Shown: piece after piece, positions 1-9,717 of the stretch
How the letters are laid out: the number at the start of each line of letters is the position of its first letter
How positions within the stretch are numbered: the stretch's first letter is position 1
Assembly (NCBI GenBank): GCA_041497675.1
Contig: JBGQGY010000089.1
Span: forward strand, 1 to 16,123
DNA from: a bacterium
Lineage (GTDB): Bacteria > Sysuimicrobiota > Sysuimicrobiia > Sysuimicrobiales > Humicultoraceae
Length of the DNA stretch: 16,123 bases
Reading direction: 5' to 3'
Notes under the pieces: model-generated
Seen by the model: only the letters and a program-made list of their open reading frames with translations
Databases searched by the model: none
What the model was told of the DNA's origin: nothing
Position numbers and translations under genes: made by a program

Positions 1-463
1 AGTGGTCGTGCCGCTGCTGGGGGCGTGTGCGGTGATCGCCGCCTACGTCATCTCGGCGATCGCCATGCCGGTCGCAGGACTGCCGATTGCGAGGTGGATC
101 GATTCACTCATCGTCTCAGCGGAGTTTACTGAAGACTGGGCGCGCACGGTGGGGTTTGTGGTGACCTACGTCATCCTCTACGCGCTGCTCTCGCTGTTGA
201 TCAGCCTCCTGCCGGGCGCCAAGCGGCCCGAAATGTCAGGACAACTCCTGGGTGTCGGGATGGGTCTGGTCAAGGCGCTGGTCGCCTCGATGGCGCTGGT
301 CGGGATCCTGCTGGCCTCCCCGCTATCGAAGGGCGTCGCGGAGGACGTCTCGCGATCCGTCGTCGCCACACACGTGGCGGCCTTCCAGCGGGAAGGCATC
401 CAGACATTGCGCCGGGCGAGCCCCTTCGCGTTCCCGGCCTACGGACCCGACCAGAAGTTCTGA
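1..463 (+). CDS. cvpA: CvpA (colicin V production)-family membrane protein, 5'-truncated by the window edge
   Basis: Hydrophobic multi-TM ORF ending TGA at 463. The segment LLGVGMGLVKAL resembles the CvpA 'lG...Gl.kg' motif. Its position directly upstream of polX matches the conserved cvpA-polX-mutS2 order. Confidence 0.65.
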   Translation, partial: VVVPLLGACAVIAAYVISAIAMPVAGLPIARWIDSLIVSAEFTEDWARTVGFVVTYVILYALLSLLISLLPGAKRPEMSGQLLGVGMGLVKALVASMALVGILLASPLSKGVAEDVSRSVVATHVAAFQREGIQTLRRASPFAFPAYGPDQKF

Positions 464-476
464 CGCAGCCCCGCGG

Positions 477-2216
477 ATGCAGAACCGGGCCATCGCCCAG
501 CGATTTGCCCAGATCGCCGACATGCTGGAAGCGAAGGGCGAATCGATCTTCCGCATCAACGCGTACCGCCGCGCGGCCCGCTCGATCGAAGCCCTGACCG
601 AGGATGTGGCGGCGGTTGCCGAACGCAGCGGTCTGACGGAGCTTCCCGGCATCGGCGGCGGCACCGCCGAGAAGATCGAGGAATTCCTCCGCACCGGCAC
701 GATGAAATACTACGATGAGCTGGCCGCCTCGCTGCCACCCGGGCTGACGTCGTTGATACAGGTACCCGAGGTCGGTCCCAAGACCGCCATGCTGCTCTAC
801 GACAAGCTCCGCGTCACCTCAATCGATGAGCTCGAAGCCGCGGCCAAATCCGGCCGGCTCCGCGATCTCCCGCGCATGGGCGCCAAGACCGAGGAGAACA
901 TCCTGAAAGGCATCGCCATGCTCCGCCGCAGCGGCGCCCGCCGGCCACTCGGCGTGGTGTGGCCGGTCGCCAACGAGCTGGTCGAGAGGCTGCGGGCGGT
1001 GCCCGGGGTGCAGCAGATCAGCGTGGCCGGCAGTCTTCGGCGCATGAAAGAGACGATCGGCGACATCGACATCTTGGTCACCAGCAAGAAACCCGAGGTC
1101 GTCATGGACGCCTTCGTGGGGGCCCCGGCGGTCACGCAGGTGCTGTCGCACGGCACGACCCGCTCGAGCGTGGTGCTCGACGTGGGGCTGCAGGCCGACG
1201 TGCGCGTGGTCGAGCCGGCGGCCTACGGCGCGGCCCTCCAGTACTTCACCGGGAGTAAGGAACACAACGTCAAACTGCGCGAGCGCGCCATCAAGAAGGG
1301 GTTGAAGCTCAACGAATACGGCGTGTGGAAGGTCGACGGCGGGAAGCGCGTGGCCGGCAAGACCGAAGAAGATGTCTACAAGGCAGTCGGCGTGCCCTGG
1401 ATCCCGCCCGAACTGCGAGAGGATCTCGGCGAGATCGATGCGGCGGTCGAGGGGCGCCTGCCCGACCTGATCGAGGTGGCCGATATCCGCGGCGATCTCC
1501 ACGTCCACACGCGGTGGAGCGACGGATCCGAGACCGCCGAGGCGATGGCGGCGGTCGCCAAGACGCTCGGCTACGAGTACCTGTGCATCACCGATCACTC
1601 ACAGTCGCTGAAGATGGCCGGCGGCGTGACGATCGACGAACTGCGCGAGCACGTCAGGCACGTCCGCACGCTCTCGGACACGGCGGGCATCACCGTCCTG
1701 ATTGGGACGGAGTGCGACATCGCCGCCGACGGATCGCTCGACTACCCTGACGATCTGCTCGCCGACCTCGACGTCGTGATCGCCTCGGTGCACACGCGCT
1801 TCAAGATGAGCCGCGAGGCGATGACCAGACGCATCACCCGAGCGATGCAGAGCGGCCATGTCGACATCCTGGGGCACCCGACGGGCCGGATGCTCACCCA
1901 GCGCGATCCCTACGAGGTCGACATGGAAGCCGTCGTCGACACGGCGGTCGCGACCGGCACCGCGCTGGAGATCAACGGGTCGCCCGAGCGGCTCGACCTC
2001 AGCGACACGCACGCGCGGCTGGCCACAGAGCGCGGGGCGCGGCTGGCGATCGGCACCGACGCCCATACCGGCGACCATTTGTACCACATGCCGCTTGGGG
2101 TGGGGGTGGCCCGGCGTGGATGGGCGCAGGCGAAGGACGTGATCAACACGCTGCCGTTGCGAGACCTGTTGGGATTGCTCAAGGGGGCCACCGGCGGGTC
2201 GCGCCGCCGATCGTGA
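477..2216 (+). CDS. polX: DNA polymerase X / PHP-domain 3'-5' exonuclease (PolX)
   Basis: Starts at ATG 477 ([10 protein letters not shown]). HhH motifs (LPGIGGG, VPEVGPK). PolX catalytic [23 protein letters not shown] and [12 protein letters not shown] motifs DLHVHT, ITDH, GTE, LGHP, GTDAH. Confidence 0.96.
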   Translation: MQNRAIAQRFAQIADMLEAKGESIFRINAYRRAARSIEALTEDVAAVAERSGLTELPGIGGGTAEKIEEFLRTGTMKYYDELAASLPPGLTSLIQVPEVGPKTAMLLYDKLRVTSIDELEAAAKSGRLRDLPRMGAKTEENILKGIAMLRRSGARRPLGVVWPVANELVERLRAVPGVQQISVAGSLRRMKETIGDIDILVTSKKPEVVMDAFVGAPAVTQVLSHGTTRSSVVLDVGLQADVRVVEPAAYGAALQYFTGSKEHNVKLRERAIKKGLKLNEYGVWKVDGGKRVAGKTEEDVYKAVGVPWIPPELREDLGEIDAAVEGRLPDLIEVADIRGDLHVHTRWSDGSETAEAMAAVAKTLGYEYLCITDHSQSLKMAGGVTIDELREHVRHVRTLSDTAGITVLIGTECDIAADGSLDYPDDLLADLDVVIASVHTRFKMSREAMTRRITRAMQSGHVDILGHPTGRMLTQRDPYEVDMEAVVDTAVATGTALEINGSPERLDLSDTHARLATERGARLAIGTDAHTGDHLYHMPLGVGVARRGWAQAKDVINTLPLRDLLGLLKGATGGSRRRS

Positions 2217-2223
2217 CCGCGGC

Positions 2224-2844
2224 GTGACGGCGGCGACCACCCGCCCGCTGCCGCGGCGCTTTTTTGCCCGCGACACCCTGACGGTCGCGCGCGCGCTGCT
2301 GGGGCACCTGCTGGTGCACCAGGGGCCCAGGGGGCGCCGCATCGGCCGGATCGTCGAAGTCGAAGCCTATCGCGGCCCGCGAGATCCGGCCAGCCACGCG
2401 TATCGCCCGACCCCCCGCAGCCGCATCATGTACGGGCAACCCGGTCTCGCGTACGTGTACTTCACCTACGGGATGCACTTCTGCGTCAACGTCGTCACCG
2501 AGACCCGGAGCCGAGCCGGAGCGGTGCTGCTGCGGGCCCTCGAGCCCGTCGAAGGGCTCGAACCGGCCGGCCGCGTGCCGCCCGCGCGCGTCGCGGCGGG
2601 ACCCGGCCGGCTCACCCGCGCGATGGGCATCGATCGGCGGCACAATGGATTGGATCTCACCAGGCCGCCCCTCTACATCGCCGACGGCGGTGCCGCGCGG
2701 CGCCGGATGACACGCGGGCGAATCGTCAGCGGTCCCCGCGTCGGGATCTCGGTAGCCACGCGCAGGCCGTGGCGGTTTGGGGTCGAGCGTCACCCATCGC
2801 TCTCGCGGCCGTTTGCGCGGTCGCGACGGACCGCGCGGCTATAA
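2224..2844 (+). CDS. mpg: DNA-3-methyladenine glycosylase (AAG/MPG family)
   Basis: Motifs VARALLG, GRIVEVEAY, DPASHAY, YVYFTYGMHFCVNVV, AVLLRALEP, GPGRL, GPRVGIS, PWRF. Confidence 0.95.
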   Translation: MTAATTRPLPRRFFARDTLTVARALLGHLLVHQGPRGRRIGRIVEVEAYRGPRDPASHAYRPTPRSRIMYGQPGLAYVYFTYGMHFCVNVVTETRSRAGAVLLRALEPVEGLEPAGRVPPARVAAGPGRLTRAMGIDRRHNGLDLTRPPLYIADGGAARRRMTRGRIVSGPRVGISVATRRPWRFGVERHPSLSRPFARSRRTARL

Positions 2845-2845
2845 T
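2840..2845 (+). promoter_or_regulatory. Perfect -10 box (TATAAT), probably driving a leaderless mRNA that starts at ATG 2852
   Basis: TATAAT overlaps the mpg stop codon and lies 6 nt before ATG 2852. There is no clear SD and no clear -35. Confidence 0.6.
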
Positions 2846-2851
2846 GGGGGC

Positions 2852-3808
2852 ATGCCGTTGCTCATCGTGTTTCTCGACGGGGTCGGGCTGGGAGCCGCCG
2901 ATCCCGCCACGAATCCCCTCGTGCGCACGCCGACGCCCACGCTGCACGGTCTGCTGGGCGGTCCGCTCGTGTTGCGGGGCGTCGTCGATCGGCCCGGTGT
3001 CCTCCTCGTCCCGACGGATGCGACCCTCGGGGTCCCCGGCCTGCCGCAGAGCGCAACCGGCCAAACCGCCCTGCTGTGCGGCGTGAATGCCCCGGCCATC
3101 GCGGGACGCCACGTGACCGCCTTTCCGACCCAAGAGTTGCGCGACCTGCTCGCACGCCAGAGCTTCTTCGCGCGCGCCCGTGCGGCGGGCGCGCGCGTGG
3201 CGCTCGCCAACGCCTACAGCCCCGAGTACTTTGCGGCCATCGCGTCGCGCCGGCTGCGCATGGCCGCCGTCAGCTACGCGGCGCAGGCCGCCGGCGTCCG
3301 GCTGCGCACGCTCGACGATCTCATCAGCGAGCGGGCCGTGTTCCACGATCTGACCAACGGACGGCTCAGACAGTGGGGGCACGATCTGCCCGAGGTGACG
3401 CCGCGTGCGTCCGGCCGCCGTCTGGCTGCGATCGCCGCGGAGGAGGACCTGACATTCTTCGAGTTCTTCCTCACCGACCTGGCCGGGCACGGCCGTATCC
3501 CGCTGACGTCCGACGCCGTCGTGGCGATGGTCGATGAGCTGCTGGCCGGGGTCCTCGAGCGACCTGACGGGATGACCGTGTTGATCACCAGCGACCACGG
3601 CAACATCGAAGACGATCGCACCACAGGCCACACGACCAACCCGGTGCCCACGCTGGCGATCGGTCCGGGGCGGGAGGCGTTTCGTTCGGTGACCGCGATC
3701 ACCGACGTGGCGCACGCCGTCCTCGCGGTGGTGACGGGCGGCGGGGCGGATCAGGCGGCGCGCCCCGACACGGCCGCCGGCGGTGGGGCCGAAGGGGGCG
3801 GCGCATGA
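2852..3808 (+). CDS. Alkaline-phosphatase-superfamily metalloenzyme (iPGM/phosphopentomutase-like)
   Basis: FLDGVG (metal Asp), PQSATGQTAL (nucleophile Ser), TDLAGH, ITSDHGN, HTTNPVP. The stop overlaps the mutS2 start (ATGA 3805-3808). Confidence 0.85.
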   Translation: MPLLIVFLDGVGLGAADPATNPLVRTPTPTLHGLLGGPLVLRGVVDRPGVLLVPTDATLGVPGLPQSATGQTALLCGVNAPAIAGRHVTAFPTQELRDLLARQSFFARARAAGARVALANAYSPEYFAAIASRRLRMAAVSYAAQAAGVRLRTLDDLISERAVFHDLTNGRLRQWGHDLPEVTPRASGRRLAAIAAEEDLTFFEFFLTDLAGHGRIPLTSDAVVAMVDELLAGVLERPDGMTVLITSDHGNIEDDRTTGHTTNPVPTLAIGPGREAFRSVTAITDVAHAVLAVVTGGGADQAARPDTAAGGGAEGGGA

Positions 3809-6168
3809 CCGAGCCGCGCGCGCCGGCCGGCGAGCGGACGCTGCGGGTGCTGGAGTTCCCCAAAGTCGTCGCGGTGCTGGCCGAAGGCACGGTCACCGCG
3901 ATGGGTCGCGAGCGTGCCCTGGCCGTGCGGCCTGCGGTGGATGAGGACGACGTGCGCGCGGCAATGGCGGTGACCTCCGAAGCGGTCATCATGACCGCCG
4001 AGGCCGATATCCCCGTGCGGGGCGCGCGGGACCTCGAGCCGCTCGTAGCACGCACGGTCGCGGGCGGCGTCATCGATCCGCCCGACTTCTTGCAGATCGC
4101 GCAGACGCTCGCGGTGGCGCGGGAGGTGCGGGTCTTCCTGCTGTCCAAACGGGATCGCGCGCCGCGTCTCGCCGAGATCGCCGCGTTGCTGACCGCGCTG
4201 CCGCCGGTCGAGGCCGCCATCGCCAGGGCGTTCGACGACCAGGGCCGCATCAAAGACGACGCCTCCCCGGCGCTGCATCAGATCCGCACTGAGATACAGT
4301 CCGTCGAGCGCCGATTGCGTTCGGCGCTCGACGCGTTCATCCACGATTCCGCGCACAGCCGGTATCTGCAAGACTCTATTGTCACGACCCGGGGGGACCG
4401 CTTCGTGGTGCCGGTCAAGGCCGAGTACCGGGCGCAGGTGCAGGGTGTCGTCCACGACGCCAGCGCCAGCGGCGCTACGCTGTTTATGGAACCGCTGGCG
4501 CTGGTACCGCTGGGCAACCGGCGGCGTGAGCTGGAGGCGAGGGAGCGGGAGGAGATCTTGCGGATTCTCCGGGAGCTCTCGGCGCTCATCGGTGAGCACG
4601 CACACGTGCTACGGGCCAACGGAAGATGGCTGGGGGAGATCGATCTGGCATCGGCCAAGGCCGCGCTGGCGGCGCGTCTGCGCTGCCACGCGCCCGAGAT
4701 CCGCGCGGACGACCTGCTGGATCTTCGCGGCGCGCGGCACCCGCTGTTGATCCTGGGACGCGGGGACGCGGAGGTCGTGCCGATTGATCTGGATCTCGGC
4801 GGCACCTTCAGGACGCTCGTGATCACCGGACCCAACACCGGCGGCAAGACGGTGGCGCTCAAGACCGTTGGGCTGCTGGTCCTGATGACGCAGGCCGGGC
4901 TCCACATCCCGGCCGAGTCGGGCAGCCGGGTGCCGGTGTTTGCGCAGGTGCACGCGGATATCGGCGACGAGCAGTCGATCGAGCAGAATCTGTCGACGTT
5001 TTCGTCACACATGCGCGCGATTGTCGAGATCTTCGAGCGCGTCGCGCCCCCGGCCCTCGTGTTGCTCGACGAGGTGGGCGCCGGCACCGATCCGACCGAA
5101 GGCGTGGCGCTGGCCCGGGCGATTATCCAGGCGCTGCACCGGCAGGGCGTGCACACGATCGCGACGACGCACTACAACGAGTTGAAGATGCTGGCTTCGA
5201 GCGTCCCCGGCATCCAGAACGGTTCCGTCGAGTTTGACGCCGAGACGTTGCAGCCCACGTATCGGTTGCGGATCGGGCTGCCCGGGCGCAGCCACGCGAT
5301 GGTGATCGCCGAACGGCTGGGGCTCGATCGTGCCATCGTCGATGACGCGCGCGCCCACCTGTCACCGGCGCAGGTGGCCATCGAGCAGGTGCTCGAGGAT
5401 CTGACCCGCGAGCGGCAGGCGGCCGAGCGGGACCGCGCGGAAGCCGCGCAGGCCCGCGAAGCCGCGGAGGCCGCGGCCGCGCGTTGGACCGCGGAGGCCG
5501 ACCGCCAGCGCGCCGAGCGGCGCCGAGTGATGGCCGAGGCCCGCACCGCCGGCGAAGCCCTGGTCGACGACACGCGCCGGAGGCTCGAGGCGGTGCTCGC
5601 GGAGGCCCGCGGGGCCCGCACCGAGCAGGCGGCCCGTGATGCGCGCGCGCAGCTGCGCGACATCTTGGAATCACTACCGGCCGCCGAGCCGGCGCCGCCA
5701 CCGCCGGGCGAGCCCGTCGAGGCCGTATCCGCCGGGCAAACGGTCTTTGTCGCGCCACTGGGGCGCGTCGGCGTCGTCCGCGCCGGCCCCGACGTGCGTG
5801 ACGAGGTCGAGGTGGACGTGGGATCCCTGCGCACGCGCGTGCCCCGCAGCGCGCTGCGAGCGGCGGTCGCGGCGCAGCCGGCCGCCGCGGGGCGCGACGC
5901 CGTGGTCCCAGACGCACCCGCGGTGTCGCTGTCGCTCAGCGTCAGGGGAGAGACCGTGGACGAAGCGCTGCTGGTCGTCGATCGGTATCTCGACGAGGCC
6001 GTCCGGGCGCACCTGCCCCAGGTCACCGTGATCCACGGCAAGGGCACGGGCCGGCTGCGCAAGGCGATCCACGACTTCCTGCGCGGGCATCCTCACGTGA
6101 AGCACTTCCGCCTGGGCGAGCGCGGCGAAGGCGACGCGGGCGCCACCGTGGTCACTCTGGAGGTCTAG
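3805..6168 (+). CDS. mutS2: Endonuclease MutS2 (ATPase, coiled coil, KOW-like and Smr domains)
   Basis: N-terminal LRVLEF, HDASASGATLFMEP, Walker A GPNTGGKT, DIGDEQSIEQNLSTFSSHM, LLDEVGAGTDPTEG, TTHY, and C-terminal Smr VIHGKGTGRL...GDAGAT. Confidence 0.97.
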   Translation: MTEPRAPAGERTLRVLEFPKVVAVLAEGTVTAMGRERALAVRPAVDEDDVRAAMAVTSEAVIMTAEADIPVRGARDLEPLVARTVAGGVIDPPDFLQIAQTLAVAREVRVFLLSKRDRAPRLAEIAALLTALPPVEAAIARAFDDQGRIKDDASPALHQIRTEIQSVERRLRSALDAFIHDSAHSRYLQDSIVTTRGDRFVVPVKAEYRAQVQGVVHDASASGATLFMEPLALVPLGNRRRELEAREREEILRILRELSALIGEHAHVLRANGRWLGEIDLASAKAALAARLRCHAPEIRADDLLDLRGARHPLLILGRGDAEVVPIDLDLGGTFRTLVITGPNTGGKTVALKTVGLLVLMTQAGLHIPAESGSRVPVFAQVHADIGDEQSIEQNLSTFSSHMRAIVEIFERVAPPALVLLDEVGAGTDPTEGVALARAIIQALHRQGVHTIATTHYNELKMLASSVPGIQNGSVEFDAETLQPTYRLRIGLPGRSHAMVIAERLGLDRAIVDDARAHLSPAQVAIEQVLEDLTRERQAAERDRAEAAQAREAAEAAAARWTAEADRQRAERRRVMAEARTAGEALVDDTRRRLEAVLAEARGARTEQAARDARAQLRDILESLPAAEPAPPPPGEPVEAVSAGQTVFVAPLGRVGVVRAGPDVRDEVEVDVGSLRTRVPRSALRAAVAAQPAAAGRDAVVPDAPAVSLSLSVRGETVDEALLVVDRYLDEAVRAHLPQVTVIHGKGTGRLRKAIHDFLRGHPHVKHFRLGERGEGDAGATVVTLEV

Positions 6169-6172
6169 CCGG

Positions 6173-7390
6173 ATGCCGTTTCTCCCACCCGATGAGCAGC
6201 TCGGTCGCCTGCGCCGCGGGACGGTCGAGATCATCTCCGAAGAGGACCTGCTGGCCAAGCTGCGCGAGGGGCGGTCGCTGCGGGTCAAGCTGGGCGTCGA
6301 TCCCTCGTCACCAGACCTGCACATCGGTCACGCGATCGTGCTGCGCAAGATGCGTCAGTTTCAGGATCTGGGTCATGAAGTCATCCTCGTGATTGGCGAC
6401 TTTACGGCCATGATCGGCGATCCCACCGGGAAGAAGGCCGCGCGCCCGATGCTGACACCGGAGGAAATCGAGCGCAACGCCGCGACCTACCGGGAACAAT
6501 ACAACCTCATCCTGGATCCGAACCGCACGCGAGTGGTCTTCAACAGTCAATGGCTCGGCGCGATGTCGTTTGCCGACGTCATCCGCCTGGCCGCGCGGGC
6601 CACAGTGGCGCGCATCCTCGAGCGCGATGACTTCACGACGCGGCTGCGCGGCGGGATCGCCATTCATCTGCACGAGTTGCTGTACCCGCTGTGCCAGGCT
6701 TATGATTCGGTCGCGATCCAGGCCGATGTCGAGCTCGGCGGCACCGACCAGAAGTTCAACAATCTGATGGGCCGCGAATTGCAGCGCGAGATGGGTCAGG
6801 GTCCGCAGGTCGTGGTGTTGACCCCGTTGCTGCCGGGGCTCGACGGCGTCGAGAAGATGAGCAAGTCGCTGGGCAATGCGATCGGGATCACGGACTCTCC
6901 TAACGACATGTTTGGAAAGGCGATGTCGATCCCCGATACCCTGATGGCGGCGTACTTCGAGTGTGCGACCGATCTGCCGATGAATGACGTCACGGCGATC
7001 CGCGACGGGCTGGCGGCGGGCACGGTGCACCCCAGGGATGCCAAACGGCGCCTGGCGCGGGCGATCGTGGAAATGTGGCACGGTGCGAAGGCGGCCGAAG
7101 CCGCCGAAGCGGCCTTCGCGCAGGTATTTGTGGAAGGCGATCTGCCCGGCAATATTCCCGAGGCCCCGGTCTCGGCGGACGATGCACCGGGGGGCCGCAT
7201 TCGCCTGGTGAAGCTGCTGTTGGTCACGGGGCTGGCCGAGAGTACGCGCGACGCCCGCCGGTTGATCAGTCAGGGGGGCGTCGCGATCGACGGCACACGG
7301 CTGCACGACATCGATGCCGAGGTGGCCGTCCACGACGGGCTGATCGCGCGCGTCGGTCGGCGCCGCTTCGCCAGGGTCCGAATCTCCTAG
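6173..7390 (+). CDS. tyrS: Tyrosine--tRNA ligase
   Basis: KLGVDPSSPDLHIGH, GDFTAMIGDPTG, YPLCQAYDS, ELGGTDQKFN, KMSKS, and a C-terminal S4 domain (ARRLISQGGV). SD GGAGGT at 6159-6164. Confidence 0.98.
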   Translation: MPFLPPDEQLGRLRRGTVEIISEEDLLAKLREGRSLRVKLGVDPSSPDLHIGHAIVLRKMRQFQDLGHEVILVIGDFTAMIGDPTGKKAARPMLTPEEIERNAATYREQYNLILDPNRTRVVFNSQWLGAMSFADVIRLAARATVARILERDDFTTRLRGGIAIHLHELLYPLCQAYDSVAIQADVELGGTDQKFNNLMGRELQREMGQGPQVVVLTPLLPGLDGVEKMSKSLGNAIGITDSPNDMFGKAMSIPDTLMAAYFECATDLPMNDVTAIRDGLAAGTVHPRDAKRRLARAIVEMWHGAKAAEAAEAAFAQVFVEGDLPGNIPEAPVSADDAPGGRIRLVKLLLVTGLAESTRDARRLISQGGVAIDGTRLHDIDAEVAVHDGLIARVGRRRFARVRIS

Positions 7391-7500
7391 TTCGCCCGCG
7401 GCCACCGAGCGCTGGCCTGCGCAGCTAGGAGGACCGAACTTTCCTCCCGCCGAAACGCCCACAGTGTCCACATAAGCCAGGCGGAGGGAGCCACCAACCC

Positions 7501-8676
7501 ATGCAGCAGAAGATCGTAGCCGCCATTGATGCCGCGGCCGGCGAACTGACCGCTCTTGCCCGCAAGATCCACGCCACACCCGAGATCGCGTTTCAGGAGC
7601 GCCAGGCGAGTGCCTGGCTCGCCGAGACCCTCGAGCGTCACGGTTTTCGCACGCAGCGCGGCATCGCCGATCTGGAAACCGCGTTTCGGGCCGAGACCGG
7701 CGGCAACGGCCGCGGGCCCACCGTGGCGATCCTGGCGGAGTATGACGCGCTGCCCGAAATCGGTCACGCCTGCGGTCACAACCTGATCTGCACCGCCGCG
7801 TTGGGAGCCGGCATCGGACTGGCCGCGCTCCGCGACCAATTGCCGGGCCGGGTGCTGGTCTTGGGGACGCCGGCGGAGGAGGGGGGCGGCGGCAAGGTCA
7901 TCATGCTCGAACGCGGCGCCTTTGCGGGCGTCGACGCCGCCATGATGTTCCACCCGGCGGGCTACACGCTCTCCGAGCGCCCGTCGCTGGCGTCGTACCG
8001 GCTCTCGCTGAAATTTCTCGGCAAAGCTGCGCACGCGGCGGCAAAACCCGATGAGGGGATCAACGCCCTCGATGCGATGATCCAGACTTTTTCCGCGATC
8101 GGTCTGTTGCGGCAGCAGCTGCGCGACGACGCCCGCGTCCACGGCATCATCACCTACGGCGGCGCCGCGCCGAACATCATCCCCGACCGCGCGGAAGCAC
8201 TCTTCACGTGCCGCGCCGCGGACGCCGGGTCTGCCAAGAAGGTGCTCGATCGCGTCATCGCGTGCGCCGAGGGCGCGTCGACCGCCACCGGCGCCAAGCT
8301 CGAGTACGCGGTCCGCAAGGGCTACAATGCCATCAAACCCAACCACACGTTGGCCGCGACGTTCTCAGGCCACCTGGCGACGCTCGGGTTTCCGCTCGAC
8401 ACCGTCCCTGAACGGCCGCGGATGGGATCGACCGACATGGGCGATATCAGCCAGGCCCTCCCGTCCATTCATCCCTACGTCTCGATCGGGCCGAAGGCGC
8501 TCGGCGGGCACACGATAGAGTTCCGCGAGGCCGCGCTGTCCGAGAAAGGCTTCACGGCGATGCTCGCCGCGGCCAAGGCGATGGCCCTGACCGGCTACGA
8601 TTTACTCTCGCAGCCTGAGCTCATGGCGCGCGTGCGGCGCGACTTCGAGGAGGCTCCGGCCGCCGCGGCGTCCTGA
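7501..8676 (+). CDS. M20-family metallopeptidase/amidohydrolase (M20D, ACY1L2/AbgB-like)
   Basis: IHATPEIAFQE, EYDALP, GHACGHN, GTPAEEGGGGK, MFHP, GSTDMG. SD GGAGG upstream. Confidence 0.92.
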   Translation: MQQKIVAAIDAAAGELTALARKIHATPEIAFQERQASAWLAETLERHGFRTQRGIADLETAFRAETGGNGRGPTVAILAEYDALPEIGHACGHNLICTAALGAGIGLAALRDQLPGRVLVLGTPAEEGGGGKVIMLERGAFAGVDAAMMFHPAGYTLSERPSLASYRLSLKFLGKAAHAAAKPDEGINALDAMIQTFSAIGLLRQQLRDDARVHGIITYGGAAPNIIPDRAEALFTCRAADAGSAKKVLDRVIACAEGASTATGAKLEYAVRKGYNAIKPNHTLAATFSGHLATLGFPLDTVPERPRMGSTDMGDISQALPSIHPYVSIGPKALGGHTIEFREAALSEKGFTAMLAAAKAMALTGYDLLSQPELMARVRRDFEEAPAAAAS

Positions 8677-8692
8677 GGCGAACCCGTCTTCG

Positions 8693-9685
8693 ATGCCTGT
8701 GGTCGATGTTCACAGCCACTACTACCCGCCTGACTATCTCGAGGCGCTCGAGCGCGGCCCGAGCAACGTCCGGGTCACCCACGATGCGCAGGGCAATCCG
8801 CTGCTGCACTATCCGGGTGACTATAACATCGTGGTGCGCGGGCATCGCGATATCGCGTACCGGGCGCAGGTGCTTGCCGAGCACGGCGTCGACCGGCAGG
8901 TGCTGACCCTCACGACGCCCGGCACCCACGTCGAGACCCCTCGGCGCGCGGCCGAGCTCGCCAAGCTCGTCAACGATGCGTTTGCGACGGCCGTGGCGGT
9001 GTCGGCCGGCCGCTACAGCGCCCTGGCGACATTGCCCTTGAACGACCCGGCCGCGTCGGCCGCCGAACTCGAGCGCTGCATCACGTCGCTAAAGCTCCGC
9101 GGGGCGATGGTGTTCAGTAACGTCGGCGGCGCGGCGTTGGCCGACCGGCGGTTCTGGCCGATCTACGAAGTGGCCGAAGCTCACCGCGCGATCCTGTACA
9201 TCCATCCGACGCACCCGGTCGGCGTCGAGGCGATGACCGAGTACTGGCTGATGCCGTTGGTCGGCTTCTTGTTCGACACGACGCTGGCGGCCGCCAAGTT
9301 GGTGTTCTCCGGCGTCGTGGAGCAGTTCCCCCGCATCACGTGGGTCCTCGGGCATTTGGGGGGCGCGATTCCCTACCTGGCCGAGCGTCTGGACCGAGGC
9401 TACCAGGCGTTTCGCGAGTGCCGCGAGCACATCCGCAAGCCGCCGAGTGAATACTTGAAGACCCAATTCTACTACGACACGGTCAACTTCGACGCACACG
9501 CGCTGCAACTCGCCATCGCGTTCGCGGGGGCCGATCATCTGCTCGCCGGGAGCGACTATCCCCACCAGATCGGCAGCATCCCCTCGATGCTGAGCAGCAT
9601 CCGCGCGCTCCCCAACGCGGCCGCCGATCGGGCGGCGATCCTGGGCGGCAACACCGCGCGCCTGCTCGGGCTCATTGAGTCCTAG
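8693..9685 (+). CDS. Amidohydrolase_2-family metal-dependent hydrolase/decarboxylase (ACMSD-like)
   Basis: VDVHSH (HxH), ALATLP, YIHP, LGHLGGAIPY, YYDTV, AGSDYPH. Confidence 0.9.
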   Translation: MPVVDVHSHYYPPDYLEALERGPSNVRVTHDAQGNPLLHYPGDYNIVVRGHRDIAYRAQVLAEHGVDRQVLTLTTPGTHVETPRRAAELAKLVNDAFATAVAVSAGRYSALATLPLNDPAASAAELERCITSLKLRGAMVFSNVGGAALADRRFWPIYEVAEAHRAILYIHPTHPVGVEAMTEYWLMPLVGFLFDTTLAAAKLVFSGVVEQFPRITWVLGHLGGAIPYLAERLDRGYQAFRECREHIRKPPSEYLKTQFYYDTVNFDAHALQLAIAFAGADHLLAGSDYPHQIGSIPSMLSSIRALPNAAADRAAILGGNTARLLGLIES

Positions 9686-9703
9686 GCGCGGTCCGGGTAT
9701 ACT
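9675..9703 (+). promoter_or_regulatory. Sigma70-type promoter for tRNA-Ile
   Basis: TTGAGT (9675-9680), a 17-nt spacer, then TATACT (9698-9703), 14 nt upstream of the tRNA. Confidence 0.75.
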
Positions 9704-9717
9704 CTGATCGGTTTCGT

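Noticed and set aside
252..476. N-terminal extension of the 654-aa PolX ORF
   Set aside because: It overlaps cvpA in another frame and reads as low-complexity Arg/Ser/Trp. PolX homology starts at ATG 477.
2777..2851. Upstream start for the metalloenzyme ORF
   Set aside because: It overlaps mpg. The fold begins at MPLLIVFLDG, and the -10 box position supports ATG 2852.
819..8346. Many long antisense or alternate-frame ORFs (e.g. 819-1598, 2726-3715, 6308-7579, 7387-8346)
   Set aside because: These are shadow ORFs expected in high-GC DNA opposite well-supported genes, and they carry no motifs.
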